Source: Oculatellaceae cyanobacterium bins.114
Lineage (GTDB): Bacteria > Cyanobacteriota > Cyanobacteriia > Elainellales > Elainellaceae
DNA length: 64,000 bases
Assembly (NCBI GenBank): GCA_033764315.1
Contig: JANRJA010000193.1
Location: 49,119-113,118 of the forward strand
Direction of reading: 5' to 3'
The first letter of the stretch is position 1. Every line of letters begins with the position of its first letter. Under the pieces are notes generated by a model. The model searched no databases. It was not told where the DNA came from and was given only the letters and a program-made list of their open reading frames with translations. Positions 1-11,692 of this stretch are shown one piece after another. A program made the position numbers and the translations under genes.

Positions 1-31
1 CAAAAGGACCTTTTTTTAATGAACGAGACAT
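1..31 (-). CDS. rpsS: 30S ribosomal protein S19, N-terminus (runs off window)
   Basis: Reverse complement of 1-31 reads MSRSLKKGPF; follows rplB in canonical order. Confidence 0.93.
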   Translation of the reverse strand, partial: MSRSLKKGPF

Positions 32-98
32 ACGTCAGGTAACCTCTAATCAGCTTCAGATTTTTCACAGTGGGCTTTAGTTTAAGCCAACCAAGATG

Positions 99-962
99 TT
101 AAGCATCCCGTCCGCCACGACCTCGCTTAGAACTACGACGACGACGACGAACAATCATCGCGTTACTCAGCTTTTTCTTCTTACGAGTTTTATAACCTAG
201 AGCAGGTTTACCCCAGGGCGTCACTGGACCTGAACGTCCAATAGGGGCACGCCCCTCACCACCACCATGAGGGTGATCGACGGGGTTCATCACACTACCT
301 CGCACTTCAGGTCTACGCCCTAACCAACGCTTGCGGCCTGCTTTGCCAAGGCTAACGTTCCTGGCATCAGTATTACCAACTTGCCCAATCGTTGCGTAGC
401 ATTCTCGTCGAATAAGACGGACTTCAGTTGAAGGCAAGCGAAGAGTGACAAAATTTCCATCTTTAGCCACTACTTGAGCAGACGCACCTGCGGCCCGGAC
501 GATTTGCCCACCTTTGCCTGGGTAAAGCTCCACATTATGAACAAGCGTACCTAAAGGCATATTGCCCAAAGGCAAAGCATTACCGATTTCAAAAGGAGCA
601 TTTGAACCAGCAATTATGGTTGCGCCTACTGCCAGAGTTGCAGGGTGGAGAATATACCGTTTTTCACCATCTTCATATTGCACCAATGCAATACGAGCAT
701 TGCGATTGGGATCATACTCAACCGTCATGACTTGAGCCGGGATATTGCGTTTATCTCGACGAAAATCGATGATTCGATACAATCGCTTGCTACCACCACC
801 ACGATGACGGCAGGTAATCACACCTCGGTTGTTGCGACCCTTGGCACGATGAATTGAATGGGTCAGTGATTTTTCTGGTTTACTACGAGTAATTTCAGAA
901 AAATCAGGATCAGTTCGTTGGCGGGTGCCAGGGGTGTAGGGACGATAATCTCGAATACCCAT
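99..962 (-). CDS. rplB: 50S ribosomal protein L2
   Basis: [17 protein letters not shown] and [13 protein letters not shown] motifs. Confidence 0.99.
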   Translation of the reverse strand: MGIRDYRPYTPGTRQRTDPDFSEITRSKPEKSLTHSIHRAKGRNNRGVITCRHRGGGSKRLYRIIDFRRDKRNIPAQVMTVEYDPNRNARIALVQYEDGEKRYILHPATLAVGATIIAGSNAPFEIGNALPLGNMPLGTLVHNVELYPGKGGQIVRAAGASAQVVAKDGNFVTLRLPSTEVRLIRRECYATIGQVGNTDARNVSLGKAGRKRWLGRRPEVRGSVMNPVDHPHGGGEGRAPIGRSGPVTPWGKPALGYKTRKKKKLSNAMIVRRRRRSSKRGRGGRDA

Positions 963-1017
963 AATTTAAGCTCTCGGCAGTTTCAAATAGCAAAGAATAT
1001 CTTTAGCAAAGCAAGGA

Positions 1018-1320
1018 TTAGACGTCTGGGAAGAGAGTAATGGAATCTCCAGGTGCAAGAGTCACGATCGCCCGCTTGTACAGTGCTTTGTACCCCAAAA
1101 AACGACCCACTCTCCGCTGCTTCCGAGGAGGATTATAAGTATTGACATCAATTACTTTGACATCAAATAATTCCTCAATCGCAGCTCTAATCTCCAACTT
1201 GGATGCCTTTGGAGAAACCTCAAAGGTGTATTTATTCTCCTCTAGTAGGCGTGTCGCTTTTTCATTGACCAAAGGACGACGCACGAGATCCGCCAAATCA
1301 CGAGTCTTAATTTCAGCCAT
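1018..1320 (-). CDS. rplW: 50S ribosomal protein L23
   Basis: EKA..L..NKYTF.V and YKRAIVTL; operon position. Confidence 0.97.
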   Translation of the reverse strand: MAEIKTRDLADLVRRPLVNEKATRLLEENKYTFEVSPKASKLEIRAAIEELFDVKVIDVNTYNPPRKQRRVGRFLGYKALYKRAIVTLAPGDSITLFPDV

Positions 1321-1948
1321 CGCTATAAACCTCCTGAATGGTTGTAATTGCAGAAGCGGTTGCTACAATCTTGTCCGCCGCCAACAAGTCATAAACATTA
1401 AGGTTACTGGCTGAGATTAGCTTGAGATTACTGACATTACGAGCTGAGAGATAAACATTCTCGTCGCGATCGGAGACAATCAACAGCACCTTTTCGCCAA
1501 CAGCAACTCCCCACCGAGTCATCGCTTGAAGCAACTCCTTGGTCTTGGGACGAGGCAATTGACTGGCAAACTCTTCAACAATAACAAGATCATCAACCCG
1601 ACTTTGAAATGCAGTTCGCAATGCCAGACGACGTTCCTTACGGTTCATCTTGACTGAGAAATCTCTAGGTTTGGGCCCAAAGATAACACCACCCCCTCTC
1701 CACAAAGGAGAACGGTTTGAACCTGCACGAGCACGACCTGTTCCTTTTTGTCGCCAAGGCTTACGCCCACCCCCTCTAACTTCAGAACGAGTCTTAGTGG
1801 AGACCGTCCCTTGCCGAGCATTATTCATTTGACGCACTAACGCCCGATGAACAACATGAGCTGCATTTTCTTCTTTTGCAACTCGCAATTCTAAAGAAGC
1901 CGTTCCTGCTTCTTCACCTTGCCAATTTCTAATAACGCAATCAACCAT
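1313..1948 (-). CDS. rplD: 50S ribosomal protein L4
   Basis: [27 protein letters not shown] motif. Confidence 0.99.
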   Translation of the reverse strand: MVDCVIRNWQGEEAGTASLELRVAKEENAAHVVHRALVRQMNNARQGTVSTKTRSEVRGGGRKPWRQKGTGRARAGSNRSPLWRGGGVIFGPKPRDFSVKMNRKERRLALRTAFQSRVDDLVIVEEFASQLPRPKTKELLQAMTRWGVAVGEKVLLIVSDRDENVYLSARNVSNLKLISASNLNVYDLLAADKIVATASAITTIQEVYSDG

Positions 1949-2022
1949 ATGTATCTCTACTCAATCCACGAAGTTTGGGGTATTTGGGCTTTTAAAGAAC
2001 CTATTTTCCCTATTCCTATGTC

Positions 2023-2664
2023 TTACTTTGCTCGTCCAACAGTTTTAGCAGGCACGATATTGAGCAGAGCACCTGGTTTACCGGGGACTGCACCTTGAAT
2101 GAGTAGAAGGTTGCGTTCAGCATCTACCCTCACCACTTTCAACTTGCGAATCGTCACTCGACTTCCGCCAAGCCGACCTGCCATTCTTTTACCGGGATAT
2201 ACCCGACCCGGAGTCGTTCCCGCTCCTGTAGAACCAGGCAAGCGGTGGTTCTTAGAACCGTGTGCCATAGGTCCTCGTTTGAAATTGTGGCGTTTCTGAT
2301 AACCAGCAAAGCCACGACCGATGCTGGTTCCAATTACATCTACAATTTGACCTGATGCAAAGGCATCAGCCTTGATTTGCTGACCTAGCTCAAATCCATC
2401 CACACTCTCAAGACGGTATTCTTGCAAATGGCGCAGAGGCGAAGCTTGCGATTTTGCCAAATGACCCAACTCAGGCTTACTTAAAGCTTTTGTTGACGCT
2501 TCACCGTAACCCACTTGAACCGCAGAATAACCATCTGTCTGAGGAGTTTTGATTTGAGTGACAGTGCATGGACCCGCATGAATGACGGTTACAGGAATTG
2601 CCCTACCTGATTCGTCAAACACTTGAGTCATTCCGAGTTTTGTGCCGAGAATGCCAACGGACAC
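2023..2664 (-). CDS. rplC: 50S ribosomal protein L3 (GTG start at 2664 preferred)
   Basis: [18 protein letters not shown] and [12 protein letters not shown] motifs. Confidence 0.98.
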   Translation of the reverse strand: MSVGILGTKLGMTQVFDESGRAIPVTVIHAGPCTVTQIKTPQTDGYSAVQVGYGEASTKALSKPELGHLAKSQASPLRHLQEYRLESVDGFELGQQIKADAFASGQIVDVIGTSIGRGFAGYQKRHNFKRGPMAHGSKNHRLPGSTGAGTTPGRVYPGKRMAGRLGGSRVTIRKLKVVRVDAERNLLLIQGAVPGKPGALLNIVPAKTVGRAK

Positions 2665-3347
2665 GATCACAGTCTCCCTTACTTTACACATCAAAAATGA
2701 GCAAGGTTGCGATTACCCTAGAAGGGAAAGTGCTTCGCATCGCCTCAACAACCTGCATCTCACAAACTTCAGCAAACACAATCAAGCTAAAAATGCACAA
2801 ATAAATTGTGCAAATCAACTTTCAACCGTTCTGCAATCCCTTTAGGTAACAGTTTGCGTAAAGTTTCTCTTTACGTCATTACCTGTAGCTGTGCCAGGAC
2901 TTGGACAGATTTTCTACCCAGTATCCTAATAGCTTCTAAACTTAATCTCGAATTGAGCTTGGTTTAGAAACTCAGAATTAATTTGGCAGCGATTAAACAG
3001 TATAAACAATTAACACTAAATCGTCCAGTATTTTCTAAATCTACTTAGAGCGTCAAGAAAAATAGTGGATGGTGTTAACTGCCGCTTTGTTATGGTAGCG
3101 CACTTTGCTGGCAGTTGCGGAAGATTTTTGGACAGAGATCCTTTGAGGGTATTCTAGTAAAACAACATATTTATATTTGCTTGCAGGACAACTAAGATAG
3201 ATTTTGCCGTGAGATTTTGGGAGAGGGCAGAGTTTGAGTCAGTTTGGTGTTGACTCAACCTGTTGCCAAACAAGTCGAGAAGTCTGTTTTGTAAGTACTC
3301 CCTTCTCTAGGTAACGTTTTATAGATAGGGTTTGGAAACAAAACCTG

Positions 3348-3410
3348 GGGATTGTAGGGGCAAAGCCCCCAATCAGGGGTTCCCCCTTGTACCCCCAATC
3401 CCGCACCCCA
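3348..3410. repeat. GGGG/CCCC-rich short dispersed palindromic repeat (relatives near 13313, 28375, 52930 and 60495)
   Basis: GGGGCAAAGCCCC and GGGGTTCCCC hairpins; shared CCCCTGCACCCC-like ends in the other intergenic copies. Confidence 0.55.
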
Positions 3411-3636
3411 TTTATAGTGTCTATAGTGGCTGTGCTTAGCATGAGGCGATCGCCCATAACAGAACGGATTGCTTACCTTTAATTCATTGAAAAAAATCTA
3501 TGGATCAAACCAGTTTCTCGTTTAGCCGATCGATCCAGGTTAGCCCTACATTTAATATGGTTAGTAACTTTCATATTTTTGTTGAACAACGTCTGTCACG
3601 CTCCAGGTTCATCTCAGGTAGTAGGACAATCTTTTT

Positions 3637-4113
3637 ATGGCACTGATTATCACTGGCAAACAATTTATTCGTGACTTAGAGAGCACAGGAGCGTTAGGGG
3701 TGTACGTTCCTCTAGAGGGTGGTCACGAGGGGCGTTATCAACGACGTTTGCGAGCAGCAGGTTATGGAATGTTGCACATCAGTGCTCGTGGTTTAGGTGA
3801 TCTTTCTTCCTACCTATTAGAGGTTCATGGGGTTCGTCCACCTCATTTAGGCAAGAAGGATATCGGTCAAGGTGCAGCGGTAGGGGCAAGATATTATTTG
3901 CCACCAATGGCACTTTATCAACTAGAGCAGTTGCCCTCTACTTCTAAAGGGTTAGTGATTTGGTTACTTGAGGGCATTATCTTATCTCGACAAGAGTTAG
4001 AATTCTTAGCCAATTTGCCCAAGCTGCAATCCCGCATTAAGGTTGTTGTTGAGTTAGGTGGGGAACGGAGCTTTAAATGGCAACCCTTACAAAGCGTTTT
4101 AGCAGTGGCTTAA
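3637..4113 (+). CDS. ndhN: NAD(P)H-quinone oxidoreductase subunit N
   Basis: PLEGGHEGRYQRRLRAAGY and HGVRPPHLGK, typical NdhN. Confidence 0.95.
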   Translation: MALIITGKQFIRDLESTGALGVYVPLEGGHEGRYQRRLRAAGYGMLHISARGLGDLSSYLLEVHGVRPPHLGKKDIGQGAAVGARYYLPPMALYQLEQLPSTSKGLVIWLLEGIILSRQELEFLANLPKLQSRIKVVVELGGERSFKWQPLQSVLAVA

Positions 4114-4304
4114 ACCATCTTAATCTCAGTCAGGGACATGGGCAGGGTTAAGACGACTTGTGAAGTGTGGGCTTTTAAAGTAGTACATGCCTCCTTAATC
4201 TCTTGTCTCATCTCTAGATATAGAGTTTATCAAGAGCAATCCGTCCTGAACCCTCCTATCTCTGGGATCACCCCAAAATCAACCTGATCCCCAATTCTTA
4301 ACTC

Positions 4305-4349
4305 AGGATCTGAGATTTAGTTTTTTTAATCAACTAAATCTCAGATCCT
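4305..4349. promoter_or_regulatory. Perfect 18-bp stem-loop upstream of ldpA
   Basis: AGGATCTGAGATTTAGTT-9nt-AACTAAATCTCAGATCCT. Confidence 0.6.
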
Positions 4350-4387
4350 TCATTCTATTTCTCCAGTTAACCTACTAACATGTAAGG

Positions 4388-5659
4388 GTGACTAACTTGT
4401 ACTACCCCTTACGATCCCTAAGGGAGGGTAACTGGTTCAAACTGATTTGCGGAGCTAGTTTTCAGCACCTCCCTGCCGTTCGGAATCTCACTTTAGCGTA
4501 TGCATTGGCTGGCGTTGACTGTATTGACGTAGCTGCGGATGCTGCTGTCATTTCATCTGCTCGCGAGGCGTTGAGTGTTGCAGATGGGCTGCGGGATGCT
4601 GCTCAAGCACGAGGGTATGACGCTCAAGGAGCACCTTGGTTAATGGTCAGTCTTAATGATGGAGAAGATCCTCATTTTCGCAAGGCTGAGTTTGATGCGG
4701 GGCAATGTCCTGTTGACTGCCCTCGTCCCTGTGAAACGATTTGTCCGGCACAAGCGATCGCCTTTGAGCACGATAGTCGCAATGACATTGATGAGCATCG
4801 CTCAGGGGTGATTGATAGTCGTTGTTATGGGTGTGGTCGTTGTTTATTAGTCTGCCCATTTGAGCGCATTACGACCCGTTCTTATGTTTCAAGCCCAACC
4901 GCGATCGCCTCGACCGTGCTGCAAGGCATTGATGCCGTTGAGATTCATACGCAAGTTGGTCGCTTAACTGATTTTGAGCGATTGTGGGGTGCGATCGCCC
5001 CTCATGTCTCACAACTCCAGCTAGTTGCGGTGAGTTGTCCAGATGGGGATGGATTAATTGATTATCTCAAGTCAATCTATCAGCTGATTTCACCAATTGC
5101 ATGTCCTGTAATCTGGCAGACCGACGGTAGACCCATGAGCGGTGATATTGGGGATGGTGCCACCCATGCGGCTGTGAGATTAGGGCAAAAAGTATTGGCA
5201 GCAAACTTGCCAGGATATGTGCAATTAGCAGGTGGAACCAATCGTTATACGGTTAAAAAATTGAGGGCACTTGGATTGCTAAATTCAAAAGCACTGCACC
5301 ACAAACCAACAATTGCTCAGAATTCATCACATCACCCTCCTATAGCGCGATCGCCCCATAGAGAGAACGACTTCACATCGCCCCACTACATTTCTGGCGT
5401 TGCCTATGGTAGCTATGCCCGTGCACTGTTGTCACCCGTTTTAGAGCAGCTCGAACCATCTCATTTCGACCCTAGTTTCAACCGCTTTAACGATATTAAC
5501 GACCTCATTGGCGACTTTTCTTCCTCCCATCCTCTGGGTCAATTTAACCCCCACTTGGAATGTCACCCCCCTCTGCTGTGGCAAGCAGTTGAGCTAGCTC
5601 ACTCTCTTGTATCCCAACTTAAATCTCCTAAACATCAGGAGCAGGTCATGTCAACCTAA
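4388..5659 (+). CDS. ldpA: Circadian input Fe-S protein LdpA
   Basis: WFKLICGAS, DGEDPHFRKA, two 4Fe-4S Cys motifs (CPVDCPRPCETIC, CYGCGRCLLVC), DGRPMSGDIG. Confidence 0.93.
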   Translation: MTNLYYPLRSLREGNWFKLICGASFQHLPAVRNLTLAYALAGVDCIDVAADAAVISSAREALSVADGLRDAAQARGYDAQGAPWLMVSLNDGEDPHFRKAEFDAGQCPVDCPRPCETICPAQAIAFEHDSRNDIDEHRSGVIDSRCYGCGRCLLVCPFERITTRSYVSSPTAIASTVLQGIDAVEIHTQVGRLTDFERLWGAIAPHVSQLQLVAVSCPDGDGLIDYLKSIYQLISPIACPVIWQTDGRPMSGDIGDGATHAAVRLGQKVLAANLPGYVQLAGGTNRYTVKKLRALGLLNSKALHHKPTIAQNSSHHPPIARSPHRENDFTSPHYISGVAYGSYARALLSPVLEQLEPSHFDPSFNRFNDINDLIGDFSSSHPLGQFNPHLECHPPLLWQAVELAHSLVSQLKSPKHQEQVMST

Positions 5660-5753
5660 CTTTTCATCGTCAGCGTTCTATTCAGTTCACATTCCCTAAA
5701 CGCTGCCACACCACCAGTTGTTCATCATTTAGATTTAGACGTTTTTATTCCTC

Positions 5754-7655
5754 ATGACATTTAACGGCAATACCTTCTTTGAAAAACCAGAGAATAGTGA
5801 TGCTTCGGCAGATGAGTCAAACACTGCCCCAATTTATATCACCGATGATCTCAATCAGTTATTAGACATTTTGCCTGAAGAGATTCGTCTGCGTTTAAAC
5901 GAGCATCCCCAAAAAAACCAGCTGATTGAAGTTGTTTTAGATTTGGGACGACGACCCGAAGCTCGATTTCCTCAGCAAGCTGAGTATCTCTCTGAGATGC
6001 CTGTTTCGTCGGGTGACCTGCGCTATTGTGTCGATCGCATTGGTCACTTCAGTGGTGACAATCGAGCAGGCATTGAGAAAACCCTACATCGCATCAGTGC
6101 CATTCGCAATCGCATGGGTGAAGTCATTGGACTAACGTGTCGGGTGGGACGTGCCGTATATGGCACGATTGGCATGATCCGCGATCTGGTGGAAACGGGC
6201 AAATCAATTTTGATGTTGGGTCGCCCAGGCGTGGGTAAAACCACTGCACTCCGTGAAATTGCGCGAGTGCTGGCTGATGAGCTAGACAAACGAGTGGTGA
6301 TTATTGACACCTCTAATGAAATTGCTGGGGATGGAGACATTCCTCATCCAGCGATTGGACGAGCAAGGCGCATGCAAGTTGCGCGACCTGAATTGCAACA
6401 TCAAGTCATGATCGAGGCGGTGGAAAACCACATGCCTGAAGTCATTGTGATTGATGAAATTGGCACCGAGCTCGAAGCCCTGGCAGCTCGCACGATTGCT
6501 GAACGAGGTGTGCAACTGGTAGGCACAGCACATGGTAATCGCATTGAAAACTTGATGAAAAACCCCACTCTGTCTGATTTGGTGGGGGGAATTCAATCAG
6601 TTACGCTGGGCGATGAAGAAGCCCGACGCCGGGGGAGCCAAAAGAGCGTTTTAGAACGTAAAGCCCCACCCACCTTTGATATCGCCGTTGAAATGTTAGA
6701 GCGGCACAAGTGGGTGGTCCATGAAAACGTGTCAGACACAGTTGATCTGCTGTTGCGAGGACGACAACCCAATCCACAACTGAGAACAGTTGACAGTGCT
6801 GGGCATGTCTCCATCAGCCATGAAGCACCGACTCCCCCCAATCGAAGTTTTGCCAATAGTGAAACGCGTGCGGCTTCGCCATTATCGCAAGGGTCACGCA
6901 ATGCACATGAACCGAATCGGGGGGGTGGGTGGCGCATGTCTGGGAAAATATCCTCTCTGCCTTCTTCTGCCTATACCCGCAATGATTTAGGAGGCAGGCT
7001 TCCCGATGAGCCACTATCGTTGGCTCCTTATCAACCGCCAGAGAGACAAAACTTTGATCGGCTCTTAAACGAATCCTTTGAGAACCCTTTTTCTCAAGAC
7101 GATTTGGAACCATTTGCTGACATTCCCTCGACTGGACCTAACGGAGAAGACCTGCCTTTGCATGTCTACCCCTATGCGGTTAGTCGGCACATGGTCGATC
7201 AAATTATTCGTACGATGAATTTGCCAATTGTATTGACCAAAGATGTAGACAGTGCTGACACCGTTTTGGCGTTGCGATCGCACATCAAGAATCACTCTAA
7301 ACTGCGACATATGGCAAAAAGCCGACAGCTCTCCATCTACACCATTAAAGCGAACAACATGCCCCAGATTATCCGGGCACTGCAACGGATGTTGCACATC
7401 GACACGCGCGCGCAGGAAGAACCCGTTAATCTCAGTTTGTTTTCACAGAGCGGTGAGGAAGATGAGTTAGAAGCCTTAGAGGAAGCCCGCCTAGCCGTTG
7501 AACAAATCGTCATTCCTAAAGGGCAACCTGTGGAGTTGCTGCCTCGCTCTGCCAAGGTACGGAAGATGCAACATGAGTTGGTAGAACATTATCGCCTCAA
7601 GTCAACAAGCTTTGGCGAAGAACCCAATCGCCGTCTGCGGATCTATCCTGCATAG
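5754..7655 (+). CDS. Ycf45/SpoIIIAA-like AAA ATPase with C-terminal R3H domain
   Basis: Walker A GRPGVGKT, Walker B VIVIDE, C-terminal RKMQH...SFGEEPNRR. Confidence 0.9.
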   Translation: MTFNGNTFFEKPENSDASADESNTAPIYITDDLNQLLDILPEEIRLRLNEHPQKNQLIEVVLDLGRRPEARFPQQAEYLSEMPVSSGDLRYCVDRIGHFSGDNRAGIEKTLHRISAIRNRMGEVIGLTCRVGRAVYGTIGMIRDLVETGKSILMLGRPGVGKTTALREIARVLADELDKRVVIIDTSNEIAGDGDIPHPAIGRARRMQVARPELQHQVMIEAVENHMPEVIVIDEIGTELEALAARTIAERGVQLVGTAHGNRIENLMKNPTLSDLVGGIQSVTLGDEEARRRGSQKSVLERKAPPTFDIAVEMLERHKWVVHENVSDTVDLLLRGRQPNPQLRTVDSAGHVSISHEAPTPPNRSFANSETRAASPLSQGSRNAHEPNRGGGWRMSGKISSLPSSAYTRNDLGGRLPDEPLSLAPYQPPERQNFDRLLNESFENPFSQDDLEPFADIPSTGPNGEDLPLHVYPYAVSRHMVDQIIRTMNLPIVLTKDVDSADTVLALRSHIKNHSKLRHMAKSRQLSIYTIKANNMPQIIRALQRMLHIDTRAQEEPVNLSLFSQSGEEDELEALEEARLAVEQIVIPKGQPVELLPRSAKVRKMQHELVEHYRLKSTSFGEEPNRRLRIYPA

Positions 7656-7678
7656 GCCAGGATCAGGAACGTACTAGC

Positions 7679-8740
7679 TTACGGATCAACTAATTCTCGG
7701 ACAAGTTTGGCAAGCCGTTCGGCACTATCGGCGATCGCCAATTTTCCAGCGGCATCGGTCATGGTTTGTAACCGATCGGGCGATCGCAGCAACTTCAGCA
7801 CTTTGTCCTGTAGCTTGGTTGCCGTCAAGTCTGCCTGCCGATAGACACAGGCAGCTCCGGCTGCGGCAAAAATGGCAGCGTTGTACGTCTGATGATCATC
7901 TGCCGCAAAGGGATAGGGAATCAAAATCGAGGGTGTCTGAGTCACTGCAATTTCGGTGAGGCTGCCTGCTCCAGCCCGACTAATCACCAAATCGGCTCGC
8001 TGAAATAGACCTGCCATATTGTTATAGAACGGCAATGCTAGATAACGAGGATGGCTCAAGCTTTTCACATCCGGGTCATTTTCTCCGGTTAAATGCACCA
8101 CCCAAATGCCCTCTTCTAGCCAGACAGGTGCTGCTTGCCGCACTAATTGATTGACAGCAACTGCCCCCTGACTGCCCCCTACTATGACCAACAATGGACC
8201 CTGCTCAGGAATCGGCAGATCTGCCAATGCCGCACCTTGACCCTGGTCACGAAATTGTGAGCGAACTGGAGTGCCAACACAAACATTTCGGGCACTTCTC
8301 AAGTAAGGAGCCGCTGCCTCAAAGCCCAACGCCACCACACTACACCAGGGACTGAGCCAGCGAGTCACTTTGCCTGGAAATGCATTAGACTCATGCAAAA
8401 TAGTGGGCAACCCCAGCGATCGCGCCGCTAAAATGGCTGGTGCTGCAATATAGCCTCCGGTCGTCAACACCCCCTGAAATTGCCCTTGCTTTAACAACTG
8501 TCGGACTTCAAAAATTGCCCCAATCAATCGGCTAACAATGCGCAACGTGCCCAAACCAAACCGTTGTTGAAACCCCTCAACCGCAATCGTGTGGAAGGGA
8601 TATTGTTTAGGCACTAATCGGGTTTCGAGTCGATCGGGCACCCCTAACCATTCAATCTGATAATCCGGTAGTTGCTCAGCAGTGGCGATCGCCGGAAACA
8701 AGTGTCCTCCCGTTCCACTCGCTGCAATCAATAATTTCAT
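7679..8740 (-). CDS. murG: UDP-GlcNAc:lipid I N-acetylglucosaminyltransferase
   Basis: GTGGH, HESN, GGSQGA, SRAGAGS and DHQTYNA motifs. Confidence 0.97.
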   Translation of the reverse strand: MKLLIAASGTGGHLFPAIATAEQLPDYQIEWLGVPDRLETRLVPKQYPFHTIAVEGFQQRFGLGTLRIVSRLIGAIFEVRQLLKQGQFQGVLTTGGYIAAPAILAARSLGLPTILHESNAFPGKVTRWLSPWCSVVALGFEAAAPYLRSARNVCVGTPVRSQFRDQGQGAALADLPIPEQGPLLVIVGGSQGAVAVNQLVRQAAPVWLEEGIWVVHLTGENDPDVKSLSHPRYLALPFYNNMAGLFQRADLVISRAGAGSLTEIAVTQTPSILIPYPFAADDHQTYNAAIFAAAGAACVYRQADLTATKLQDKVLKLLRSPDRLQTMTDAAGKLAIADSAERLAKLVRELVDP

Positions 8741-9229
8741 CTGCTCTTCCCCGTTCCCTGTTGTCCTGCTGTTGCCATCAGAGGATCTGACCTCAAGCCG
8801 TATGGCTTCACCATGTGGATGTTGGCACTCAAAAGATAATTCAGGTTAACCTATTATTCACGGTTGGTCATGTCTGCCTTGATGCAAGATTACCCCATGC
8901 CTGATTTAACTATGTTTTGATTTCACTGTTTTGATTTCACTATGTTTAATGTACAGGGTAGCGATCGCGATCAGCGCACCTGAGCCACCTTACTTAAAGA
9001 TCTGCTAAAGGTATTGTGGATTAAATGAAACCCTTGATTTAGCAATCAAGGACATGACTTTTGGCTCGTCAATCTCGACCCGGTCTGGAAAGTTCTCGCT
9101 CAAATGCAGTGCTCTTACAAAAGCTCGACGTTATTTAATTCCATTCCTAATTTCTTGCGCTAATCTCGGTTCATTGCTAGGGTTATCGCCTGCTTCAATT
9201 CTCTATCCTCTCAACCCCAACTCATAGAC

Positions 9230-10009
9230 ATGCTTCGATCGATCACCTCCGTCCTGTCGTCACTCCTGTTTGGCATTGCCCTAACGAGTGGAACAATGGC
9301 TTATGCCCAAACAGAAAGCCCTGAAACTCCTCCTGAGGTTACAACTGCTGTCACCCAAATTGATGCAGCCGCTAATCAGCGTGACCTACATGGAGTCATG
9401 CGGTTCTTTAGCCCAAACTTTAGGCACGCCGATGGGTTAAACCGTAGTCGTTTAGAAGACGCTCTGCAAAACCTTTGGGAGCGATATCCCCAAATCGCTT
9501 ATCAGACTGAGGTCAACAGCTGGCAGCGAGAAGGAGAGGCGATCGTCTTTGAAACCACAACCACCATTACAGGAACTCAACTCATCAACGGGCAAAACTT
9601 TTCCCTCAACTCAACCGTGCGATCGCGCCAACGCCTAGAAAACGGGCAAATTGTTCAACAAGAAGTGTTATCAGAGCAAAATCAGTTGAGCAGTGGTGAA
9701 AACCCGCCCACCGTCGAGATTCAACTCCCAGAGCAGGTGGTGATTGGGCGTACCTACAACTTTGATGCGATCGTGCAAGAACCTCTAGGGACTCGCCTCC
9801 TGTTAGGCACCGCGATTGAAGAACCAATTAATACCAGTCAGTATTTCACCACAGCCCCAATCGACTTAGAATTGTTGTCTGCGGGCGGGTTGTTTAAGGT
9901 TGGTCGTGCCCCTGCTTTACCGGATAGTCGCTGGATTTCAGCCGTGATTATTCGAGAAGATGGCATCACTCTTGAAACTCGTCGCGTGCGGGTTGTGGGT
10001 CATGAATAG
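9230..10009 (+). CDS. Exported NTF2/SnoaL-like fold protein (conserved in cyanobacteria)
   Basis: Signal peptide ending AYA; IDAAAN...F.HADG NTF2-like start; GGLFK. Confidence 0.7.
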   Translation: MLRSITSVLSSLLFGIALTSGTMAYAQTESPETPPEVTTAVTQIDAAANQRDLHGVMRFFSPNFRHADGLNRSRLEDALQNLWERYPQIAYQTEVNSWQREGEAIVFETTTTITGTQLINGQNFSLNSTVRSRQRLENGQIVQQEVLSEQNQLSSGENPPTVEIQLPEQVVIGRTYNFDAIVQEPLGTRLLLGTAIEEPINTSQYFTTAPIDLELLSAGGLFKVGRAPALPDSRWISAVIIREDGITLETRRVRVVGHE

Positions 10010-10152
10010 GGCGATCGCTTGCAACACCTCTATGCTTGACCTAAAAAAATACACTTATATCATCAGACTCGTAAGACGATAAGATCTAAAAAGTTTTTGT
10101 AGCATTCCATCATTGGCGGCTACCTCTACAGTCGTGTTTAGCGATTAGACCT

Positions 10153-10377
10153 ATGCCTACTATTCCCTTGACCCTTTTGCTATATGTCATTCTCGGTGGA
10201 ACCTATCTCGTTGTTTTGCCAGCCCTGACTTTCTTTTATCTAAAAGGGCGGTGGTATACTGCCAGTTCTGTAGAGCGTCTGTTGATGTACTTTCTAGTAT
10301 TTTTCCTATTCCCTGGTCTGGCACTCCTGTCTCCTTTTCTCAACTTCCGCCCCCAGCGACGGCAATTGCCTTCCTAG
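10153..10377 (+). CDS. ndhL: NAD(P)H-quinone oxidoreductase subunit L
   Basis: RWY..SS.ER..MYFLVF.FPG..L.SPFLNFRP. Confidence 0.95.
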   Translation: MPTIPLTLLLYVILGGTYLVVLPALTFFYLKGRWYTASSVERLLMYFLVFFLFPGLALLSPFLNFRPQRRQLPS

Positions 10378-10458
10378 TGCCGATTGTAAAACTAAAGCTC
10401 AGGGAACTCCTTAAAGGAGTTCTGAAAGATAGGTTTCAGTACATTTAAATGGTCTTGA

Positions 10459-10788
10459 ATGCGGCGCATTGACGTAATTGGCATTGGCATTGGCATTTTT
10501 GTAGCCGGTGGAGCTGTCTACTGGATCTTTCAAGCCGCTGGGCTAGATAGCATTAATGCCGGAATTTGGAGTCAAGTGATTTTGGTTGGGGGATTGGTGG
10601 TTTGGTTGCTTACCTACGTGTTTCGGGCAGTGACCCAAACCATGACCTATAATCAGCAACTCAAAGACTATGAAGACGCTGTGCTACAAAAACGGCTCGA
10701 AGAAATGACTCCTGAAGAAATAGCCCTACTTCAAACTGAGGTAGAACAAGCAAAGCAGGCCATTGAACAAGCAAAGGATGAAGGATGA
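10459..10788 (+). CDS. DUF3007 family membrane protein
   Basis: AGIWSQ, MTY.QQ..DYE; usual ndhL-DUF3007-trpA order. Confidence 0.85.
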   Translation: MRRIDVIGIGIGIFVAGGAVYWIFQAAGLDSINAGIWSQVILVGGLVVWLLTYVFRAVTQTMTYNQQLKDYEDAVLQKRLEEMTPEEIALLQTEVEQAKQAIEQAKDEG

Positions 10789-11582
10789 TTTCTGTTTCTG
10801 ACTGCCTGGATAAACTGCGCGATCGCGGTCAGTGTGCGCTAATTCCCTTCATCACAGCGGGTGATCCTGACTTAGACACAACGGCTCAGGCTCTACAGAT
10901 TCTCGATCGCAGTGGAGCGGACGTGATCGAGTTAGGGGTTCCCTACTCTGATCCCCTAGCTGATGGCCCTGTCATTCAAGCAGCTGCCACTCGTGCTCTA
11001 CAACGCGGCACCAAACTAGAGCAGGTGCTAGAGATGTTGCATTCCATTCGACCTCAGTTAGCCGCACCGATTATTCTCTTTACGTATTACAATCCCATTC
11101 TCAATCGTGGCATTGAGGCGTTCCTCGAAGACATCGTTGCCGCTGGGGTCAGTGGGTTAGTGGTGCCCGATCTGCCCCTCGAAGAAATTGATGGGTTGCT
11201 GCGTCATGCGGCAAAAGCGGGCGTCGAGGTGATCTTGCTGGTGGCTCCTACCAGTTCAAAACAACGCATTGAGGCGATCGCCACCCAATCTCAGGGGTTT
11301 ATTTATCTCGTCAGTGTCACCGGAGTAACAGGTATACGCACTCAAATTGGGGATCGAGTGCAGCAGCTCTTGATGGAGCTACGCAGTGTCACTGACAAAC
11401 CGATTGGGGTCGGGTTTGGCATTTCACAGCCTGAACAGGCACGACAAGTCATGGACTGGGGAGCCGATGCGGTGATTGTCGGTAGTGCTTTTGTCAAGCG
11501 GCTAGCCGAAGGCAGCCCAGCAGAAGGGCTGAAAGCACTTGAAACCTTTTGCCGCAATCTCAAGGCAGCCCTCTCAGATTAA
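10785..11582 (+). CDS. trpA: Tryptophan synthase alpha chain
   Basis: [21 protein letters not shown] and VGFGIS motifs. Confidence 0.98.
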   Translation: MISVSDCLDKLRDRGQCALIPFITAGDPDLDTTAQALQILDRSGADVIELGVPYSDPLADGPVIQAAATRALQRGTKLEQVLEMLHSIRPQLAAPIILFTYYNPILNRGIEAFLEDIVAAGVSGLVVPDLPLEEIDGLLRHAAKAGVEVILLVAPTSSKQRIEAIATQSQGFIYLVSVTGVTGIRTQIGDRVQQLLMELRSVTDKPIGVGFGISQPEQARQVMDWGADAVIVGSAFVKRLAEGSPAEGLKALETFCRNLKAALSD

Positions 11583-11627
11583 TGTAAACCTTGTTTATGA
11601 GCGCATCAAGCTCAGAGGACTCACGCA

Positions 11628-11662
11628 TAGAGGCGAAGCATCCGTAGACTGCCTCGCCTCTA
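11628..11662. terminator. Hairpin between convergent trpA and DUF928
   Basis: TAGAGGCGAAGCA...TGCCTCGCCTCTA. Confidence 0.5.
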
Positions 11663-11692
11663 ACCAAACTCTTGGATTGCTCTGGAATCGCT

